Assembly (NCBI RefSeq): GCF_009834535.1
Contig: NC_045717.1
Coordinates: forward strand, 16,802,001 to 16,866,000
Source of the DNA: Camelus ferus
Taxonomy: Eukaryota
DNA length: 64,000 nt
Direction of reading: 5' to 3'
The notes under the pieces are model-generated. The model did no database searches and was not told the origin of the DNA. It saw only the letters and a list, made by a program, of their open reading frames with translations. The position numbers were made by a program, and so were the translations under genes. Every line of letters starts with the position of its first letter. Position 1 is the stretch's first letter. Shown one piece after another: positions 22,236-35,100 of this stretch.

Positions 22236-25200
22236 GAGGGAGAGAGTATACACATAAAGGGCTGGGCTCAGGGCTGCAAATGGGACCTAAAATATCATTA
22301 TTATTCACTTACTCTGCTGGCTTCACCTTAGACATACCTGCCAGGTTCCTGAAAATCAGCCCTGGGGGAAATGGGGAGCCATGGCAGGTGTGTGAGCAGG
22401 AAGAGTACGATCAGATCTGGTATCAGGCAAAGAGAGGGAAGGGTGTGGGGGTGACTGAATCCTGAGGGGAGGTTGTATGGCAGGGAATGGGTGAGAATTT
22501 GGAGCAATTTCAGGAGAACAGCTCTCAATCCCTGGCTGAGACTGAGAATCCCCTAGCTGCCCAGCCTCTCAGACTGCACCTCCCTCCCACCCCACAGGGC
22601 CAGCCCCTGGCCTGCCCTTGCTTTATTCTGCCTCCCTGTCTCCACCTGTCTCATTACCACTCAAAGCCTCTGTCTCTGCGCCTCCACCTTGTCCCCAGCA
22701 CACTCTCCCAGGTCCCTCCCCTGGCCTCCCCATTCATGGTCACCCTGGAGTCCCTCTGGGGCTGTAGAAACAGGAGTGGGGGAGGGGTGGAAACAGGAAT
22801 TGTGGCACAAGCTGGGTGGAGGGCATTGGGGACAGCCACAATCTGACCTTGTTGGTCCCCAGTCCCAAGTAAGAAAGTGGGTCACCTTTTTTCAGCCAGG
22901 AACACGAACCCCCAGGGAGGACAGGCTCTTCCCCTCCAAAGGGCTCTCTCTGTCTCTTCTGTCAACTCCAAAAGCAGAAAACTTAATTTCCTTTGCATTT
23001 AACCAAAAACCGAACACATTGGCATAAAGGTGGAGGGTTTTCTGAACTTTGCTGAAATTTTTCTTTGCCAGAAATATCACTTCCTCAAAAATCTTCCTGA
23101 AGTTCCGTGAGAGTTTTAAAAACCCTGTGTCTCCTTGAGAACTTCAGTGTCAGCTTTCAGAATGACACCAAGTATACTTCCCCATGGCAGTTTTCCTTTT
23201 TATGCCCAAACGATCAAATGAAACCAACGTGATTGTTTTTAATTTTTAAAAAAAAGTTTAAAATTGAAGCCAGATTTTATGATAACCCTCCAAGGGAATA
23301 CAGAAAGATTCATCCACAGAATTTCCTGTGACTATGACAAATTGTTTTCAGGAAAAAACCAAATGCTCACATCATTTGATGCATTTGACCTCATGTGAAT
23401 CTGAGGACCAGTTGCTCACCTCCTCCCTCTGGAATTTTTTGGCCAGGGATGCAGGCAGAACGTATTCAGAAAGTCTGTTTTTAGAAATTTTAGACACTAC
23501 TGGCAGGGGTGTTAATGGAAACAACCTCTTTGGAGGACAAATTGGTGACAGCTGCCCAAATATAAAATGTTACTGCTTTAGGACCCAGCAATTTCATTTG
23601 TGGAGATTTGATATCAAGTCTTATTTTGTTCACTGAAACAACAAATTTAGAAACGGTTTGAATGCCCATTGATAATGTATGTGGTGAAAAACCTAAACAA
23701 CAGTCAAAAAGAATCAACAAATCTCAGCGTCATAATGTAGAGCAAAAGAGGAAGTTCCGTCATTATCATTATCTTTTCCATTAAAAAAAAATCTAGCTTT
23801 TAAAACAAGTTATTGGAAAAAGAAACATCACAAATCAAAGTTGTGAGATCAAATTGCCAAATAGAAAGGGAATGTTATTTTTGAGCTTGATATAAAAGAC
23901 ATTAGTGTGTATATTTAAAACTCTTGTTCTTATACTATGACAATTGCTCAAAACTGTAGCACATCCACATCATCAGGTTTAGAGTGGCTTTTTTGGTTTC
24001 TGGGAGTTTATGGTTGCCTTTCTTTTCCCTGGACAACAGACATTATGTTCATACATACGCATATGCCACACCTTCAATATATCATGAAGGATCTTAAGTC
24101 CACACCAAGACTGTCACACCTCTTGGCATTGATCCAGGCACTGCCCCCTAGCCTGAGCTCCTCAACTGGACCCCTGTCACCCAGGCTCTTCCCCTATCAT
24201 ACCCCCTTTCCCCTGGTGAGCCCACGGGCCCAAGGCAACAGCACCTGGGCAGTGCCCCTCCCCTGTGTCTCAGTTCTTCAGCCCAACTTCAGAAGCTGGG
24301 CATGATCCAGCCCCTCCCACCTTAAAAAAATACCACCATTTATTAAGGCTGAGTGTGTGCCAGGCACTGTGACAAATGTTTCACAACTGGCTATGTTGCC
24401 TCCACTTTAGACAGAAAAAAATCTGGGGCTCAAGGAGAAGTCACTTGTCCCAGGTTACACAGCAGTTAGTGACACAGCCAGACGTTCACTCCAGAGGCCC
24501 TAAATTGAAACCATATATCCACTCTGCCCACATGGCCCCCCGCTGTTGAAGATGGAAGATGCCCTCCCTGCTCAGGGGACTCTGGGGGGGGGGCCTGACC
24601 AACCTAGAGAAATAGCTGGTTGGGCACTACTTGCAGCCCCCAGCCCTCCTCCCTCCCAGTAGTGGCTGGGAAGGGTCCGGAATCAGGAATTACTGGGTAG
24701 CAGCAAAGGCCAAAGGTCAGACAGGGGTTTCCTGCCCACCCCTGGGAACTTCCTCCTTCCCGACCCAACTCCCGCCTCCTGGATGAACGCCACCCTGGAG
24801 GACCCCTCCCAGCTCAACTTACCCGGGCTCCATTACCCTGGCTGTTAGGGGGCTGGGTCCCTATGCCAGCACTATCACCCTGATATGTCCCCCACAGGCA
24901 GTGGACAGCAATTTTATTGTCCCACACCCATGGTCCAGCCTACTTTCCATTTCTTCACCCTCTTCCCCTCTGCCCCTTTCCGACCCTCCTGCTCTCCTTG
25001 ACCTTGTGAGGTCAGGGGCTGTGTCCCATTCTGACTCTCCAAGACTGAGGACCCCACATGGCCAGGCTTGTGACTTTTACAGGGGGCTTTGGCATCACCC
25101 AACATAGAGGATTTCCCTGGAGCTCCTGATTCTGAGGGGCTGGGCAGAAGGGCATACCCAGAATCCTTTGCTCCTTGGTCCCCAAATCCCCTCCATGCCC

Positions 25201-26141
25201 ACCTGGGGGTGACCCACAGTGAAACTTGACCCCCATTATCTGGTTCTTCCCATTCCCCCTCTCTCGAAGCCCGAAAATGAGGTTTCCAGCAGGAAATAGT
25301 AGTGATAACAGCAACGGCAAATCCTTTCTCCCAGCCCCCTCCTGCTCCCGGACCTGGGCACCTCATCTCACAGAGGGGGAAACTGAGACCCAGGTAGGAG
25401 AAGCCCCTCCTTCCAGCTAACACCGGCCCCAAGGTCACTGCTGCTTGCGCTGCTGCCCCGGGAGCACTTGCTAAGCGCCTACGTGAGCCGGGCATCAGGT
25501 GGGATGACTGCTCGGAGAAACTGCACCATCCTCAGATCAGAACCTCCGCGAGGCCTTCACGTGCCGGTTACCGAGCACCTACTGTGTGCTGGCCCTCGGC
25601 CAAGCGCTCCTCCCAATTCAGCTCCAGTAATCGGCCCTGTCCCCTGAGGTGGGCTGTAGCCAGCCCGCCAGGAGCTAAGTCCAGCTCTGTGAACCGACAG
25701 AGTGAGACCTGGAGGCGGTCCCTTCTACTGCCCGTGCCTCAGTGTCCTCCTCCGCACTACGGGGATAATCCGCAGCAGAGAATAGCGCTGGGCACAGAGC
25801 AAGGGCAGGTGAGGAAACTGAGGCTCAGCAAGGCCAAGGCAGCCCAGTCACTTAGCTGGCGCCCCACCCAGTGTTAATCAGAGAGGCCCAGCTGTGCTTT
25901 GGTGCCCCCCTCCTCCTTCCCTTCACAGCCCGGGTGGGAGTGTTGTGATAACCCACAGCCCCCGTTTCCTCCTGGCCAGGAAGGAGCCAGGCAGAGGAAG
26001 TATTAAGAGGAGTAATATAAACACTCCCCCCGCCCCCCCGCCGGGGCAAGGTCTAGAAGGGGCAGCAGCCGCCACCCAGAGCAGACCAGCCAGCGGAGCA
26101 GTGCTGTGCAACGGGCGGCGGGCGGCAGACGCCGGGAAGAG

Positions 26142-29100
26142 ATGGGCTTGGCGATGGAGCATGGGGGGCCCTATTCACGGGCCGGGAGCAGCCCCAGGGG
26201 ATGCTGGTATTATCTCCGCTACTTTTTCCTCTTTGTCTCGCTCATCCAGTTCCTCATCATCCTGGGCCTCGTCCTCTTCATGGTCTACGGCAACGTGCAT
26301 GTGGGCACGGAGTCCAACCTCCAGGCCACCGAGCGCCGGGCGGACGGCCTGTACGGCCAAGTGATGGGGCTCACGGCCTCCCAGGCCAACCTGTCCAAGG
26401 AGCTCAACCTCACTGCCAGAGCCAAGGATGCCATCATGCAGATGCTTCTGAACGCCCGGCGAGACCAGGACCGAATCAACGCCAGCTTCCGCCAGTGCCA
26501 GGCGGACCGGGTAAGGGCTGAACACTCGCCCTGGGGACCCTGGGTGGTCACCTCACCTCTCTGAGCTTCACTTTACTCATCCATGAGACAGGGACAGTCA
26601 CGAACTCTACAGTTTACATGAGAAGCCCACATCACTAAGCAATGCATATTTTGTTTGTATAAGTATATCCCATGCAATATTTGGGACATACTTAGACTCA
26701 AAAAAGTAATTTGTTGTCTACCTGGAATTCAAGTTTAACTGGGCATCTGGTCTGTTCACAGGCCTGGGTTCATGACTTAGTAGGCATAAAACACCCAGAA
26801 TGTGCCAGCACACACCAGCTACAAGTAAAAACTGGCTTAATAAACACTCAGAGCATTTGGTTCTTACTCTGTAATAACAAGTATGAATGGCTTAGATTTG
26901 CCTGATGCTGGGAGTCTGCTTTGGAAATGTTATCACTTCACTGAATCCTAAGAGGTAGGGAGAGTCTCTAAACCCTTCTGTGGATGGGGAGATGGAGACC
27001 TGAGAGAGGAGGCTTTCGAGGGGAGTGGGAGGGCAGACACCAGTGGCCTTGGGTCTGGTAGAGACTGCTGCCCTATCCACCCCCAGATCCCGTCAGACTC
27101 ACTCAACACTGTCCCCATGTTCTCACACACGCAATTCCTTTGGGAGGTCCTGCTGCTGGGAGACACTGAGGAGAGGGGCCCCTCCTCAGGCCTTGGCTGG
27201 AACAGGGTGAAGGACGGAGAGGGCAAGGAAAGGGAAGTTTGGATGGGGGCAGTCTCGGTTTTGCCCACAGGAGGCATCTGGCCGGTTGGGGAGGGGGCAG
27301 TGGGAAGGAAAGGCATTTTCTGGGGCTTCAGACCACCCAGCCCCCGCCACCTGGCAGGAAGGGTGTGCAAGCGTCCCCTCAGACCTGCCCAGGGAAGGGA
27401 AGGATTGTGTCTCCTGCTCTTAGACCCCCAGGGTGGGGCACTTCCCTCTCAGACCCCTAGAATGGGGTGAGTCCCCTGCTCAGATCCTCAGGGAAGGGCA
27501 AGTCCCCCTTAGATCCTCAGAATGAGGTGAGTCCCCATCCAACCCCCCCAAAGGAGGCAGGTCCCCCCTCAGATCCTCAGGGTAGAAGGCCATGTACCCC
27601 CTCAAATCCCCCAAGGCTGGAGTAGGGGGGCTCAAACTTCTCAGTTTCTGGGAATTGGCCCATTTGGAGTTTTCACGACACGCACGGCCTTCCGGTCCAG
27701 GAGCCATGAGGAATGCTAGGATCATAAAGTTTGAGACACTCCCATGCGTCTTGGAATCCTGGACTCCCCCATCTTAGAATATTAGAAATCTAAGAATCTG
27801 GGTCTTTACAACTTTATAATTTGAAAATTATAGGGGTTTTTTCCCCCTCTCAAGTTGACAAATTCCTCTGGCCTGGAATCCCTCAGGGTTTTCTTCAGGA
27901 ACCCCCAGGAAGGGGGTGCTGGTGCTGGGAAATAGCCCCGACCCCTGCCACCCCTGCCACCCCTGCCCCAGGCAGCCCCTGGCGTCTGATGGTAGCAAGT
28001 ACGAATCTTGGTCTTTCTCCAGTCCTGGTGTTGTTATGAAACAGGATTTTTAAGTTCTCTACAAATGCAACGTCATTTCTGGCCCTGAGGCCCTGGAAGA
28101 GAAAGGGGAGATTAACTCAGTGGGGTTTTTTTTAGGGTATGTCCCACCCCTGCCTGTGTCAAGGCGCCAGCACCCCAACCTGGGGTTGCATACAGGAGAG
28201 CGAAGCAGCATTTGGGGGCCACTTTTTGTCACTTCCTCTCACTGGAAGAGAACTTCTTTCTTGCCCATCTTTGGATCCAACTCACACCTGCAGATCTTTC
28301 CCTTCTGTAGTTAAGGCTTTTGAGAGCAGAAGTCACTGAAATTTTCAGAGCTAATTCTATCTTCTCCCAACACCCAGTGGTTAGCACAGGGCCAGCTTCC
28401 GAAGAAATCAGGACGAGAAGCAACAGAAAGGCAAACCCTCTAGGCTCTTCACACCTTGACTTGCGCATTTTTTTTTAATTGAAATGTAGTTGATTTACAA
28501 TGTTAGTTTCAGGTGGAAAGCAAAGTGATTCAGTTATACACATACATACTTTTTTTTTCTTTTCAGATTTTTTTCATTATATGTTATTACAAGAAATTGA
28601 ATATAATTCTCTTTGTTTATTTTATATATGTAATGTATGTCTGTTAATCCCCAACCCCTAACTTATCCTCCCCGCCCTTTCCCCTTTCATAACCATAGTT
28701 TGTTCTCAATGTTCATGAGTCTGTTTTCGGTTTATAAACAGAATTTGTATTTTTTTTTTAGATTCCACATATAAGTGATATCATACATTTGTCTTTCTCT
28801 GTCTGACTTCACTCAATATGATCATCTCTAAGTCCATCTATGTTGCTGGAAATCACATCTTGACTTGTTATACTTCTGCAGCGGGTTCTGTTCCAAAGTT
28901 TGAAAGGCACAACCTTTGTTTGTAAAAACCTAATAAAACTTATAAAAAAATGCCATTCACATGCCATACAATTGGCCCATTTCAAGTGGACATAAAAATG
29001 ATTTTTAGTACATTAACAGAGTTGTGCAACCACCATCACAGTTAATTTTAGAACCTTTCCATCACCCCAAAAAGAAACCCTGTGCCCGTTACTAGCCATT

Positions 29101-32100
29101 TCCTATCCTCCCCGCCCCCGGTCCCTGACAACCACTAATCTGCTTTCTGTTTCTACAGATTTGCTTATTCTAGATATTGAGTCTAAACGGAATCATACGT
29201 TCTGTGATCTTTGGGTCTGGATTCTCGGACGCAGCATGTTGTTTTCAAGGTTCATCCACGTTGTCCTGTGCATCAGGGTTTCATTCCTTTTTGTGGCTGA
29301 ACAGTAGTCCACTCTATGGACTGTTTTATCCATTCATCTGCTGATGAAACACTTGGAGTGTTTCTACCTGTTGGCTCTGGTGACTCGTGCTGCTCTGCAT
29401 GTTTGTGTGCAAGTTTTTGCGGGAACATACACTTCTGTTGCTCCTGGGTCTACACCTAGGAGTGGAATTGCTGGGTCATATTGTCATTTTATGTTCAGCT
29501 TTTTGAAAAACTGCCAGACTGTTTTCCCAAGTGGTCCCACCATTACATTCCCATCAGTACTGCCTGAGAATTCTGTTTCTCCACATCTTTCACCAATACT
29601 TTTACCATCTATTCTTATTTTTTGATAACCAATCTTTTAAAAATTTAGAAAAAATTTTTTTTCAGTGGAGGTACTGGAAATTGAACCCAGGACCTCATGC
29701 ATGCTAAGCATGTGCTCTATCACTGAGCTGTACCCACTCCAAAAAATCAGTAAATTTTTTTTTAACTTAGGTTTTGGTTGTTGGTTTTTTGTTTTTTTGT
29801 TTTTTTGTTTTTTTTTTTTTGCTTTTGATAACAAATCCTTTTATTCTTATTTTTTGTTTTATTTATAGCCATCCTAAAGATCGCGAGGTAGTATCTCATG
29901 GTTTTCATTTGCATTTCCTGACGACTAAACATCGTTTGATGCGCTTCTGGACCTTCTGTATATGTTCTCGGGAGAAATGTCTCGTCAAATGTGTTTGTCC
30001 ATTTTTCAATGGGGTTGTCATTTTCTTATTGATTTGAAAGAGTTTGCTTTTATATATTCTGGTTACTAGTCTCATCATCAGATACATGAGTTGCAAACAT
30101 GAGCTATGTGAGGTTTTTCCCATCTATGGGTTGTTTTTTCNNNNNNNNNNNNNNNNNNNNNNNNNNNNNNNNNNNNNNNNNNNNNNNNNNNNNNNNNNNN
30201 NNNNNNNNNNNNNNNNNNNNNNNNNNNNNNNNNNNNNNNNNNNNNNNNNNNNNNNNNNNNNNNNNNNNNNNNNNNNNNNNNNNCACTTATGTTTTCTTCT
30301 AAGGAGTTAATATAGTTTTAGCCTTTACATTTAGGTCTTAGATCCATTTAGAGCTAATTTTTGTATACGGCATGAGGTAGAGGTCCAAATTTATTCCTTA
30401 GTATGTGGCTATCCGCTATGCCAGCATCATTTGTCCAAAAGACTCTTCCCTCCCATGAAATGATCTTGGCACCTGTGTATGTTTGCTAGAGCTGCCTTCA
30501 CAAAGTACCACAGATCAGGTGGCTTAGATAACAGAAATTTATTTTTGCCCATACACGAGATCAAGATGTTGGCAGAATTGTTTTGTTCCTGGGGCCATCA
30601 GGGAAGGATCTGTTCCAGGCCTCTCTCCTTGGCTTGTAGAGGGCTGTCTTCTCCTCGTGTCTTTACATCATCTTCCCTCTGTGCATGTCTGGGTGTCCAG
30701 ACATCTTCTTATAAAGACACCAGTCATACTGGATTAGGGCCCACCCTAAGGACCTCATCTTAACCACCCTTTAAAGACTCTGTCTCCAAATACATTTACT
30801 TTCTGAGGTCCTGAGGGTTAGGGCTTCCACACAGGAATTTGAGGTGGGGGACACAATTCAGCCCATATCTGCATCCTTGTCAAAAGTCAGTTTTTGATTG
30901 GCTGTCAATTGGAATGTTTTCAAGGTTCATTCAGGTTGTAGCATGTAGCTTTGTTCCTTTTTATGGCCAAATAGTATTCATCGTAACAACTTTTGAAGAT
31001 TGGCCCACCATCCCCTGCAAAGAAGCCATGTTCTTGTAAACTATGCCAACACAGACCACCCGGGTACCAGATCTGGGGCCCCAGCCCTAAGGGTCTGGGC
31101 AGCCCAGGGAGGCAGGAGGTCCTGCAGGTGCTGGGCACTGAGCTCTGTCCTGTGTCCCATCTGGGCAGGTGATCTACATGAACAACCAGCGGTACATGGC
31201 CGCCATCATCTTGAGTGAGAAACAATGCCAAGAACATTTCAAGGAGACTAACAAGTCCTGTGAAGGTGAGTGCTGTGGGCAGCAGAGAGCGGGATAGCAG
31301 ACACCCCGCCCAGTCTCTTGGCAACTCCCGCAGCCTTCCTGAGTCTTATCGTCCTATACCCATAGCTTTGACCCTCATGCTGAACCAGAAAGCCAAGACA
31401 CTGGAGATGGAGCTGGCAAAGGAGAAGGCGATATGCACTAAAGACAAGGATGGCCTGGCACTGGGCAAGCGAGTGGTGGAGGAGCAGCTGGCCGAGTGCA
31501 GCAAAGCCCAGGACCAGCAGCGGCAGGAGCGACAGCTGGCCGAGAACCAGCTGCAGCGGGTGCAGACCCTCTGCCTCCCTCTGGATAAGGAGAAGTTGGA
31601 GGCAGAGCTGTACAGACTCTGGAGGGACTCCATCATCCCACGCTCCCTTGATAACCTGGGCTACGGCATATTCCATCCCATCGGCTCAGAAGTGGCCTCC
31701 ATCCGGAGAACCTGTGACCAGATGCCCGCCCTCATGAGCACCAAGGTGGAGGAGCTGGCCCGGAGCTTGCGGGCTGGCATTGATCGCGTGGCCCGAGAAA
31801 ACTCGGACCTCCAGCGCCAGAAGCTGGAGGTCGAGCAGGCCCTGCGAGCCAGTCAGGAGGCCAAGGAGAAGGTGGAGAAGGAGGCCCAGGCCCGGGAGGC
31901 CAAGCTCCAGGCCGAATGTGCCCGGCAGACCCAGCTGGCCCTGGAGGAGAAGGCGACACTGCGGAAGGAGCGGGACAACCTGGCCAAAGAGCTAGAGGAG
32001 AAGAAACGAGAGGCTGAGCATCTCAAGATGCAATTGGCCGTCAGCAACTCGGCCCTGGACACCTGCATCAAGGCCAAGGTGGGCTGGCGGGCCCTGGATT

Positions 32101-35100
32101 CAGGTTGCACTGAGGGGGAGGTGTCTAGAGGCCAAGTTGGGTTGGTGGTGATGTTGGACTTGGGTTTGAATTTAGTGGGGAGTGTTTGTTGCTTTTTTTA
32201 AACTTGGTTTTGAGGTCGGCTTCCCAGTCTAGGTCGTGTAAGTTAGGACTCGCTCGAGACTTTCACTGACATTAAGATTGGGGAGGAGTTGAGAGTGGGG
32301 ATCAACACTGAGAAAGGGTGTGGGGTTATGACTAGAGTTGAAGGTAGGGTGGCCGTTGGGTCCAGGGTTGAGTGACGGGTGAATAAAATTGCAGTTACTT
32401 TGGGAGTAGGGTGAGTTAAGGCACTGAATGTGGATTTAGAATAGATGCTAGAATCAAACACAAATGACTGGTGAGCCTCAAAATTGGCTTAGGATTTGAA
32501 TTAGAGATTCATCGAGGGCTGGTTTTAGGGTTGGGATGCGTTTGAGTTGAGCTGAAGCATCGAGGGGCTCTGGGTTAGAGTTGGGAGTGACATTGGGGTT
32601 AGGGTAAAGGTTAAGGCAGATCTAGAGAAAGACTCGAAGCAGGTGCCAAATTTGTGTTTAGAACTGGGTGGACTTGAATTCTTGGCGACTCCTATATCTA
32701 GAGTTGGTTTGCGTTAAGATTAGGGGTTCCATCTAAGATTTCATTAGTCTTAGAACTGGGTTGAGTTTGGAGTTTGTATTATGAGGAAAAGCTAATAGTT
32801 GGGTCGGGGGTCGCTTGCAAGGTAGCCGTTGGGTCTAGGGTCGGGTGAGAAAGGAATCCAAAGTTTCAGTGGCTTTGGGATTGTGTTAAGTTGAGGCTCA
32901 GATGAGTGTAGGTGGCTGGTGGGTCTAGAGATGCTTGAAAGTTTGGGGCCAAGAGTAGATTCAGGATTTCATGGGCATTAGGGTTGGGATTGGCATTGAC
33001 TATGTGTTAGGAGTTGAGATTGGATTGGGCTTAGGGTGGTCTGGTTGGGGGTTGAGTTGGGCTAGCTTTGGGATATATTTGAGGTGAAGGATTAGCTGAC
33101 CCTGAGTTAGGAGAGGGATATACTGGGGTTCACATAAAGGTCAAGACTGGGTGTAGAGTAGAAGCTGTGTGGTTGGTAATCTTGGGCTGGAGCTGGGTTG
33201 GGGTTCCGGCTCAGGTAGAGGCTGAGTTCTAAGGCTGAGCTGGCCTTGAGCATGGTGTTGGGAAGGTATTTGTGGGTGGCCCATAGTGGGGCTGGGGGAA
33301 CGGGATTGGGAATAGATTTTTCATAGTGGCCGGGTCTCGGGGGTGAGTTAGATGAAAGAAAGATGAAAGTTATGGCCAAGTCAGGTTTGTCATTGGGACC
33401 AGATTTAGGTCAGGGTTTGATTCTGAGGAAGGTTCTGTTTTCATGTTGGGAACAGATTTTAGCTGACTGAGTTCAGAACTGGCCTTGGATTTCAGGCTTA
33501 GGGGGTTTAGTTCAGGGTTGTTCAAGGATGGCATTGAGGATGGAGGTCAGGTTGGTTTACAGAACAGGTTAGCATCAGTCCAGAGGGGAGCTGGTATGGG
33601 TGAATGTACTCAGCTGGGGTCATGGATTGGAGTCAGATTGGCCCAGAGGCTGTAATGGAGACCAAGGCAGGACCCCTGCAGAGAGGGGTCCCTGAGGCAC
33701 AGCCGAGGGAAGCCAGTCCCTGGAGTCCCCAGTCATTTGAGGAAGGTGGCTACAGGTGATATCACATGTGTCCTCCGTGGGTATCTGTCTGTTTCTCTGC
33801 CCTGGAGGGAACTCAGACCCAGGTCTCCAAGGGCATGGAGGGGCAGGAGCCTCCCCGGGACGCATGTTGAGGGGCCTCCACCAACCTCCTTTCACCCTTC
33901 TTTCCACAGTCGCAGCCGATACCCTTGCCAAGACCTGTGGTCCCTGTCCCCAACCCCCCGCCCATCGGTGAGTGACAGAGGGCAGAACCAGGAAAGAGGG
34001 GCAGATTCCACCTTGAATCCTGGGTTGCCAGCCCATCTCTAGCCCAGGAGCTGGAGCTACTAAGGCATTAGGTCGGAGCTGACCCCTCTCTCTTTCGGCA
34101 GACCCAGCTGGCCTGGAGGAATTCAAGAGGAGGATCCTGGAGTCCCAGCGGCCCTCTGCCGGTAGCTCCATAGCCTCATCCAGGTGAGGCTCTCGGGCAG
34201 GCTGAGACAGTTCAGTCTTAGGGCTTTGGATGAGTCTGCGTACAGGACTAGGGTGGAGCAATACTTGTCTCACACTTGTTGCTTCCTTAATTGAGCACCT
34301 GCTGTATACTAGGCCCTATGCTGGGCCCAGGGGACACAGCAGTGACCAAGACACACACAGTTCTGTTCATGAAACTCCCTGAATACTGGGCCAGAGAGAC
34401 ACTGAAGGAGGTAGGATAAGAAGGGTGTCCAAGAGTCTACTGTTATTGGGCGCTTACTGTGATCCTGGCACTGTCCTAAGCACCCTGCCCGACTAACTCA
34501 TTAAATCTTCAGAAATCTGGAGGGAGGGTGTAGCTCAGTGGTAGAGTGTGTGCTTAGCATGCACAAAGTCCTGGGTTCAATCCCTAGTACCTCCATCAAA
34601 ATTAACAAATAAACCTAGTAACTCCCCCACCCCCCCCAAAAAAAATCTTCAGAATTCAAATCAGTGGGAGAGCTACTGTTATCCCCACTTTCTGGATGAA
34701 GCAAATGAGACCCAGAGAGGGTAAGCATTGTGCCCCAGGTCACACAGTCAGGAAGTGGCAGAGCTGAGACATAAACTCAGGTGCTGACTCCAGACAGCCA
34801 AAGGAGGGCCTCAAAGAGGAAGGGGCCCTTGAGCTGGAGGTTGGACAGGAGCCAACCTGGAGAAAGGCTGAGGGAACAGCACTCGGAGTGCCATTAACAG
34901 CCAGAGCAAAGGTCTTGGGGCCAGACTAGAGTGGCAGAAGGTGACAGGAGCCAAGGCAGGAGAGAAGGGAGAGCAGAGTCGGGGAGTGACCCTGGGCCTC
35001 TCATTCCACCCTTCTGAGTCTTACTTGTTTTGTTTTTCTTCTTTTTTTTTTTTTTTTAATTTTGACTGGGGAGGTAATTAGGTTTATTTATTTACTTATT

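Noticed and set aside
27378-27620. CRISPR-like repeat-spacer interpretation of the periodic arrays (also 38992-39088, 55300-55600)
   Set aside because: Mammalian intronic/UTR DNA with degenerate repeats, related spacers and no cas genes.
30044-30310. ORFs spanning N runs (also 49050-49664)
   Set aside because: Artefacts of gap translation.
34519-34600. tRNA-Ala(AGC)-like sequences (also 38146, 35110, 36600, 7770)
   Set aside because: Each has a mismatched cloverleaf, a shared non-tRNA 3' segment, an A-rich tail and often a TSD. They are SINEs, not tRNA genes.
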